64,000 nt of DNA. Origin: an uncultured Actinomycetota bacterium (GTDB lineage Bacteria; Actinomycetota; Actinomycetes; Jiangellales; Jiangellaceae). Location of the stretch: NCBI GenBank assembly GCA_963757805.1, contig CAVWSM010000008.1:2969-66968 (forward strand), read 5' to 3'. A program made the position numbers and the translations under genes. A model generated the notes under the pieces. The model was not told where the DNA came from. It did no database searches and was given only the letters and a program-made list of their open reading frames with translations. This document shows, one piece after another, positions 58,567 through 64,000 of the stretch (the stretch's first letter is position 1; each line of letters opens with the position of its first letter).

Positions 58567-59902
58567 TCACGAACGCGCTGTAGTCGTCCTGCAATCGCTG
58601 CAGGAACTGCTGCGGCGTCACCTGCTTGGCGGTGAGGTCCTGGATTGCAGCGGTGAGGGTGTCGGAGAACGTCGGGGTCGCATAGTCGAGGTAGGGCACG
58701 AGCCCATCACCGGTGGCCACGGTGTCCCAGGCCACGAAAACCTGCCGCTGGACGCCGTCGGGCACTGTTTGGGTGGCCGTGTCGACGATAGGCAACCCGC
58801 CCTCGCGCGTGATGATGCGCATGGCATCGGGGCTCGTGATGAAGTCGATGTAGGCGGCCCCTGCGTCGGGAGCCTCGCTCGCTGTCGAGACCGCGAACGG
58901 GAGGCTGGTGCCTCCCGTAGCCACGTAGTCGGAGCCGTCGCCAGGCGGAAGGATGAACCCGACACGGGTGCCCAGTGCCTCCTGCAGGTCGGCGGTGAGC
59001 CAGGTGCCGCCGATGAGGAAGACGCCTTCGCCGCGTCCGAACGCCGCCGCCGCGTCGTCGTAGGCCACCCCGTTGAAGCCCTCGGTGAAGTAGCCCTTGT
59101 CGACGAACTCCACGAGCTTTTCGGCGGCTTGCATGTTGTCGTCGGACGTCCAGTCACCGCCTTCCACGCCGAAACCGAGGTCGCGGACGGTGTCGGGGTC
59201 GACGTACCTGCTCTGGATTGCGCCGAACACGTGGATGCCGGGCCACTGCTCGAGGTTGCCGAACTGCAGCGGGATCTCGCCCGCCTGCTTGGCCGTGGCG
59301 AGTGCAGCCTCGAAGTCGGCCCAGGTGGTCGGAAGCTCGATGCCCAGGGTGGCCAGCTTCTCCAGGTTGACGAACACGCCCACGACCTCGCCCATCTGCG
59401 CGAGACCGTAGAGCTCACCAGAGCCGAATGTCACGCCGTCGGCGGAGTAGCTCGCCAGTGCACGGACCGCCTCGGGATAGCGCTGGGTCCAGCCGTAAGC
59501 CTCGGCCCAAGGATCGAGTGCCCGGATGAGGTCGGCCTCGACGAACTGACCCATGTCGGCGCGGCCATTGTTGACTTGAGAGACGTCGGGCGCGTCGTCG
59601 CCGGACAATGCCAGCCGCAGTGTGGTCTGCAGGTCCTCGAAGGAGCGCGCGACCCGCTCGATCGTGATGTTGGGGTACTTCTCCATGAACGCTGCATTGA
59701 GCCGCTCGATCTGCGCGTTCTGACCGCCGCGCACCTCCTGGTCCCACACGACGAGGGTCACGTCACCCAGTTGCGAGGCGTCAGTCTGCACGCCGGTGGG
59801 TGCGGCATCGCCTGAATCGTCGTTGTCGCCCCCAGGCGCGCAGGCGGCCACGACTGCTGCGGAGAGCAGAGCGATCACGATTGCGCGTACGGATCCGGAC
59901 AC
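58553..59902 (-). CDS. sugar ABC transporter substrate-binding lipoprotein
   Basis: 449 aa. The lipobox is LLSAAVVAACAPGG. The body resembles family-1 extracellular solute-binding proteins. Confidence 0.9.
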   Translation of the reverse strand: MSGSVRAIVIALLSAAVVAACAPGGDNDDSGDAAPTGVQTDASQLGDVTLVVWDQEVRGGQNAQIERLNAAFMEKYPNITIERVARSFEDLQTTLRLALSGDDAPDVSQVNNGRADMGQFVEADLIRALDPWAEAYGWTQRYPEAVRALASYSADGVTFGSGELYGLAQMGEVVGVFVNLEKLATLGIELPTTWADFEAALATAKQAGEIPLQFGNLEQWPGIHVFGAIQSRYVDPDTVRDLGFGVEGGDWTSDDNMQAAEKLVEFVDKGYFTEGFNGVAYDDAAAAFGRGEGVFLIGGTWLTADLQEALGTRVGFILPPGDGSDYVATGGTSLPFAVSTASEAPDAGAAYIDFITSPDAMRIITREGGLPIVDTATQTVPDGVQRQVFVAWDTVATGDGLVPYLDYATPTFSDTLTAAIQDLTAKQVTPQQFLQRLQDDYSAFVSGGG

Positions 59903-59920
59903 CGGTCAGGGCTCCTTCCG

Positions 59921-61042
59921 TCAGCGGGCAGGCCGCAGGCCGATCGTCGCAGTTGCTCGAAGCAGGATCTCTCGGTCTGCCACGTCACGCAGCAGGGGAT
60001 CAAGAAAGCCGTAGTCTTTGGCGAGCTCGGGGTCGATCTTCCGTGTCTCCTGCCACCACAAGGCGAGGTCGCCCCATCCAGGTGAGGACAGCGACCCGCC
60101 GAACTGACGCACCGAGAGTCCGGCAGCAAGGTTGGCGAACTGCAGCCGGTCGACGAGTGGCCAGCCGGCCAGCGTCCCGAGCATGAAGGATGCCGCGAAC
60201 ACGTCGCCGGCCCCGGTCGGATCTAGCGCGTCAACCACGAGCGCTGGAGCGGTCGCCTGCTCGCCTGTGATTTGGTCGATGGCGATGGCGCCTTCGGAAC
60301 TGCACGTGATGACAACGAGTGGTACGTCCTCCGCGAGGCGTGCGAGCGCCTCGGGCGGTGACGAGGTGCGCGTGTAGGCCATCGCCTCCACCTGGTTGGG
60401 CAGGAAGCAGTCGACGACGTCAAGCCGGCGGAACATCGCCGGATCCCACTGCTCGGCCGGATCCCACCCCAGGTCGGCGAAGATCATCGAGCCCTGGTCC
60501 CGCGCTCTGCGAACCCAGCGGGTCGGCTCCTCCTGCAGGTCGATGAACGCCGCGCGTGACCGTGGCGGCGTGCCGATCATGTCGTCGAATCTCACCGGCC
60601 CCGGGTGCGCATGCGTCACCATTGCGCGGTCTCGGTCGAGGGCGAGTGACACCGTGACGGGGGAGTGCCAGCCCCGGTAGTGCGACGACGTCGACAGGTC
60701 GACGCCCTCATGGTCGTGCAGTGCGTGCCAGCAGAAGTCGCCGTAGACGTCCTCCGCGAAGGCAGCCGCGAGACTGGTCCGCAAGCCGAGCCGGCTCGCT
60801 GCCACGGCGAGGTTGGCGATGCCGCCGGGGCTGGAGCCCATGCCCTCGGCGATGACTTCGGTGCCCGGCGTCGGTGCCGATGCGAGCCCGGTCAGCACCA
60901 GGTCGAGGAAGACTGTGCCCGCCAGGAATAGGTCGAACGGCGGGTCCCCCGGCCCCCTACGATGGTCGAGCGCGTCGAACCGCTGCGGAGGCTCCGGGTG
61001 GCAGCCTTCGATTGATCTGACGACGATGCGCTCGCCTTCCAT
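59921..61042 (-). CDS. PfkB family carbohydrate kinase
   Basis: 373 aa with GGIANLAVAASRLG and the ATP/anion-hole motif DPTGAGDVFAASF. Confidence 0.85.
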   Translation of the reverse strand: MEGERIVVRSIEGCHPEPPQRFDALDHRRGPGDPPFDLFLAGTVFLDLVLTGLASAPTPGTEVIAEGMGSSPGGIANLAVAASRLGLRTSLAAAFAEDVYGDFCWHALHDHEGVDLSTSSHYRGWHSPVTVSLALDRDRAMVTHAHPGPVRFDDMIGTPPRSRAAFIDLQEEPTRWVRRARDQGSMIFADLGWDPAEQWDPAMFRRLDVVDCFLPNQVEAMAYTRTSSPPEALARLAEDVPLVVITCSSEGAIAIDQITGEQATAPALVVDALDPTGAGDVFAASFMLGTLAGWPLVDRLQFANLAAGLSVRQFGGSLSSPGWGDLALWWQETRKIDPELAKDYGFLDPLLRDVADREILLRATATIGLRPAR

Positions 61043-61132
61043 CGCGCTGGTACGTCTCCTTTATGACCGCTGGCTTGTTCGCCAGGCTAGTCGGGGGCAC
61101 TGACCGGCCGGCGCTGGTACGGTCCGGGGGAC

Positions 61133-62443
61133 GTGAGGCTCGTGATTCTGGGCGGCGGGGGATTCCGCGTACCACTCGTGCATGGCGCGCTGCTCGCCGA
61201 TGCTGCGAGCGGGTCCGGGTTGGTCACCGAGCTCGTACTGCATGACGTGTCGCCTGACCGCCTTGCCGCCATCGAGGCGGTCTGCCGGCAGCAGGCGGCT
61301 GGAGCTGGTGGCCGCCTGGTGCTCCGTACAACCGTGGATCTGACCGAGGCGCTATCCGGCGCCGACTTCGTGTTCTCGGCCATTCGTGTCGGTGGACTTG
61401 CGGCGCGCGCGGCCGACGAGGCGGCGGCAGCGCGGCTCGGGCTGCTCGGGCAGGAGACCACTGGCGCCGCGGGCGTGCTGTACGGACTGCGGTCCGTTCC
61501 TGAGGCCGTACGCATAGCGTCGGTTGTCGCCGCGATTGCTCCGGATGCGTGGGTCATCAACTTCACCAACCCCGCGGGCATGGTGACCGAGGCGATGTCG
61601 GCCGTGTTGGGCGACCGTGTCATCGGCATCTGTGACTCTCCGGTCGGGCTGTGCCGGCGTGTGGCCAAGGCGCTGCAGGTGCCGTTGGAGAGTGCGTGGT
61701 TCGACTACGCGGGGCTCAACCATCTGGGCTGGCTGCGTGCTGTGTACGTCGACGGGCGGGATCGGCTGCCCGCCTTGCTTGCATCAGACCGCGCGGTCGA
61801 GTCCTTCGAGGAGGGTCGGCTGTTCGGTCCTGGGTTCCTGCGCGCGCTCGGCGCCGTTCCCAACGAATACCTCTACTACTGGTACCGCACCGATGAGGCC
61901 ATTGCCGGTCTTGGCGACTCGCCGCGCGGCGCGTTCCTGGTGGATCAGCAGGAGCGGTTCTTTGACGCGGTGTTGCGGGAGCCCGATGCGGCGTATGCCA
62001 CGTGGCAGCGGTTCCGCCAGGAGCGTGAGCAGACCTACCTCGCGGAGAGTCGTACGGAGGGGGAGGCTCGCGAAGAGGACGACTTGTCCGGGGGCTATGA
62101 AGGTGTCGCCTTGCGGCTCATGCACGCCATCGCGCGTGGGGAGCGGGCAATGCTGATCCTCAACGTGCGCAACCGCTCCGCGGTCGCGGGACTCGATGCC
62201 GACGCGATTGTCGAGGTGCCGTGCGTCGTCGACGCCAACGGCGCACACCCGGTGGCCGTCGGCGCGCTGGCGCCAGATCAGGCGGCGTTGGTCTCGACCG
62301 TCAAGGCTGTTGAGCGGCTGACGATCGAGGCGTCGCTCAGCGGCTCGCGTGACCTCGCGGTCAAAGCGCTTGCGCTGCATCCGCTCGTACGGTCAGTCAC
62401 GGCGGCCGAGCAGCTGGTCGCTCGCTGGTCCCCGCCGGAATGA
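61133..62443 (+). CDS. glycoside hydrolase family 4 (6-phospho-beta-glucosidase-like)
   Basis: 436 aa with the N-terminal NAD motif LVILGGGGFRVP, then WVINFTNPAGMVTEA, IGICDSP and NHLGWL. Confidence 0.85.
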   Translation: MRLVILGGGGFRVPLVHGALLADAASGSGLVTELVLHDVSPDRLAAIEAVCRQQAAGAGGRLVLRTTVDLTEALSGADFVFSAIRVGGLAARAADEAAAARLGLLGQETTGAAGVLYGLRSVPEAVRIASVVAAIAPDAWVINFTNPAGMVTEAMSAVLGDRVIGICDSPVGLCRRVAKALQVPLESAWFDYAGLNHLGWLRAVYVDGRDRLPALLASDRAVESFEEGRLFGPGFLRALGAVPNEYLYYWYRTDEAIAGLGDSPRGAFLVDQQERFFDAVLREPDAAYATWQRFRQEREQTYLAESRTEGEAREEDDLSGGYEGVALRLMHAIARGERAMLILNVRNRSAVAGLDADAIVEVPCVVDANGAHPVAVGALAPDQAALVSTVKAVERLTIEASLSGSRDLAVKALALHPLVRSVTAAEQLVARWSPPE

Positions 62444-62610
62444 CCACGTTCAGCAGGAGGTCCCCCGCACCACCAGGGCTGCATGCCTAGCGGTGCAGGG
62501 GCAATCCTGGCGGTGGCCAGCCGGGATCGCGGACAAGTCGACTCGTGTGCCCCTCAACGCAAGTGGGGCCGCACTCGGCGACCCCACGAGCTGCGTCGAT
62601 CAGCCCAGAC

Positions 62611-63372
62611 TCACTGCACGGGCTTGAGCTCGACACCACTGAGCTCGATTGCCTTGTCTGTCGGATCGATCGTAACGACAAAGGGTCCGGTCGGGTTGTC
62701 ATTGGTGATGATCGACTGGAGCGCGCCGTTGGTGGCGTTCAGCCGCGCCCAGTAGCCGGTCCCCACGTCCGACGTAACCGTCCCTCTGTACTCGCCGGCG
62801 CGGATGTCGGTGCCCACGAGGTAGACGCCGTCGGAGATCGTCCCACCGATTGACAACGGTGCGGCCGCTGCGAGCGGCGTCAGTTCGACCCCGGTGAGCT
62901 CGATTGCCTTGTCGGTCGGGTCGATGGTGACGACGAACGGGCCGGTCGGGTTGGCGTTCGCGATGATCGCTTCAAGGGAGCCGTCAGTTGCGCTCAGACG
63001 TGCCCAGCACCCGGCGTCCAGGACCGAGGTCACGGCCCCGCGATAGTCGCCTGCAGGGATGTCGATGCCCACGAGGTAGGTGCCATCGTCCCAGGTCGGG
63101 GCTGCCGCTGCTGCGGCCGGCTGCTCGGGCTCTGCCGACACCGGCTCGACTGGCTGGGTCGCGGAGTTGTCCGAGGTCGTCGTGTCCTGCGCTACCACGC
63201 TGTCGGTATTGGGTGCGGCAGTGCCGCCGCCGCCGACCGCTGTGCTCGCAATGGCGATTCCGGCTACTGCGATGGTCCCGGCGAGGACCTTGTGCCGGCG
63301 CAACCAGCTCCTCTTCGGTTCCTCGGGCTTGCCGTGCGGCGCTACGCCGCTATCAATCTGAGTAGTCGCCAC
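62611..63372 (-). CDS. membrane-anchored protein with two tandem domain repeats of about 72 aa, function unknown
   Basis: The TM anchor is VLAGTIAVAGIAIASTAV, followed by a low-complexity linker. Two repeats follow: DGTYLVGIDIPAGDYRG...PTGPFVVTIDPTDKAIELTGVEL and DGVYLVGTDIRAGEYRG...PTGPFVVTIDPTDKAIELSGVEL. The start is uncertain (GTG 63372 or 63420). Confidence 0.7.
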   Translation of the reverse strand: MATTQIDSGVAPHGKPEEPKRSWLRRHKVLAGTIAVAGIAIASTAVGGGGTAAPNTDSVVAQDTTTSDNSATQPVEPVSAEPEQPAAAAAAPTWDDGTYLVGIDIPAGDYRGAVTSVLDAGCWARLSATDGSLEAIIANANPTGPFVVTIDPTDKAIELTGVELTPLAAAAPLSIGGTISDGVYLVGTDIRAGEYRGTVTSDVGTGYWARLNATNGALQSIITNDNPTGPFVVTIDPTDKAIELSGVELKPVQ

Positions 63373-63494
63373 GTCGCAACGCTCCCTGAGAAGGGAAGGG
63401 CCAGCCCCTTCGATTCGCAAGGATTAGATGGAGCCTGGCTAGGATTCCGTTCCCTCTGGGCGCTGTGACCTAGGCGACACCCGGTGGCAACCAT

Positions 63495-63522
63495 CGAGGG
63501 CGTTCCCGCGGGAACGCCCTCG
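63495..63522. terminator. perfect 12-bp-stem hairpin CGAGGGCGTTCC-cgcg-GGAACGCCCTCG downstream of korB
   Basis: The stem is GC-rich and perfect, 31 nt after the korB stop on the minus strand. It contains the same 20-nt palindrome as 5379-5398. Confidence 0.6.
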
Positions 63523-63552
63523 ACCACTGGAAAGGAGCTCGCGGTTGGCAGC

Positions 63553-64000
63553 TCAGACGACCTGCCAGGTGTCCCTGCCGTGCAGCAGCGAACCCAGATC
63601 GCCGCGGCCCTGAGTCTCGGCGGCCTGAGCGAGCTGGCCCGCCATGAGGTCGTCATAGGTCGGCCTGTCGACTGACCGGAAAACCCCGATCGGCGTCCGC
63701 GCGACCGTGCCTGGCTCGGCGAGCCGCGACAGCGCAAACGCCAGCGACGGGTCCGAGGTATGCGCGTCGTGAACGATCGGGACCGCCTCGGGATCGCTGG
63801 AGATGGTGAGCGCACCGGTGGCCGGGTCGCGGACGACGGCCTGCGAGGAGTCGGCGCCGAACCGGATGGGCTGGCCGTGCTCGAGGCGTATGAGCATGTC
63901 GTCGCGGGTCTCGGCGTCCTTCAAGGCATCGAACGCGCCGTCGTTGAAGATGTTGCAGTTCTGGTAGATCTCCACCAGCGCGGTGCCCCGGTGCGCGGCG
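63553..64000 (-). CDS. korB: 2-oxoglutarate/2-oxoacid ferredoxin oxidoreductase beta subunit, C-terminal part (5' end beyond window)
   Basis: The frame is open to the window edge. Translation is ...GTALVEIYQNCNIFNDGAFDALKD...PIRFG...VHDAH, typical of KorB C-termini. Confidence 0.8.
   Translation of the reverse strand, partial: AAHRGTALVEIYQNCNIFNDGAFDALKDAETRDDMLIRLEHGQPIRFGADSSQAVVRDPATGALTISSDPEAVPIVHDAHTSDPSLAFALSRLAEPGTVARTPIGVFRSVDRPTYDDLMAGQLAQAAETQGRGDLGSLLHGRDTWQVV

Overview
This is a 64-kb window from a very high-GC actinobacterial chromosome; gene order and protein sequences look Nocardioidaceae/Propionibacteriales-like, but taxonomy is not verifiable here. Most of it is conserved respiratory and housekeeping content. 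The left end holds an mscL neighbourhood: mscL, a SAF-domain protein, an FmdB/Ruc-type zinc-ribbon protein, def and 5-formyl-THF cyclo-ligase. A dispersed menaquinone set follows (menA-menE-menB, menC, menD, menF, menG, a MenJ-like reductase). It runs straight into a complete 14-gene nuoA-N operon and a trans-polyprenyl diphosphate synthase. Other genes include a penicillin-acylase-family hydrolase, an M14 carboxypeptidase, a LacI/MFS pair, a GH15 hydrolase and phoX with a candidate PHO box. There is also an ECF42-type sigma factor with its DGPF/YciI partner, a sugar ABC transporter with PfkB kinase and GH4 glycosidase, and a partial korB. The clear accessory region is a 6,619-bp island (45951-52589) between the convergent GH15 and phoX genes. 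It has a large serine recombinase at one end, perfect 20-bp direct repeats at both junctions, and 12-bp inverted repeats just inside them. Its cargo is about 15 small ORFs of unknown function. These include a two-gene module whose larger protein carries an RNxxxH (HEPN-like) motif, an excisionase-like HTH protein, a secreted protein, several stop/start-coupled micro-ORFs and unusually long DNA hairpins. A second window-wide observation is that at least 14 conserved reading frames are broken by apparent 1-nt indels, including nuoM. This looks more like assembly error than biology, except possibly in a helicase-like gene that also has degenerate ATPase motifs. No tRNA, rRNA or CRISPR array was seen. 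All family calls come from reading the translations and from memory of the families; nothing was searched.
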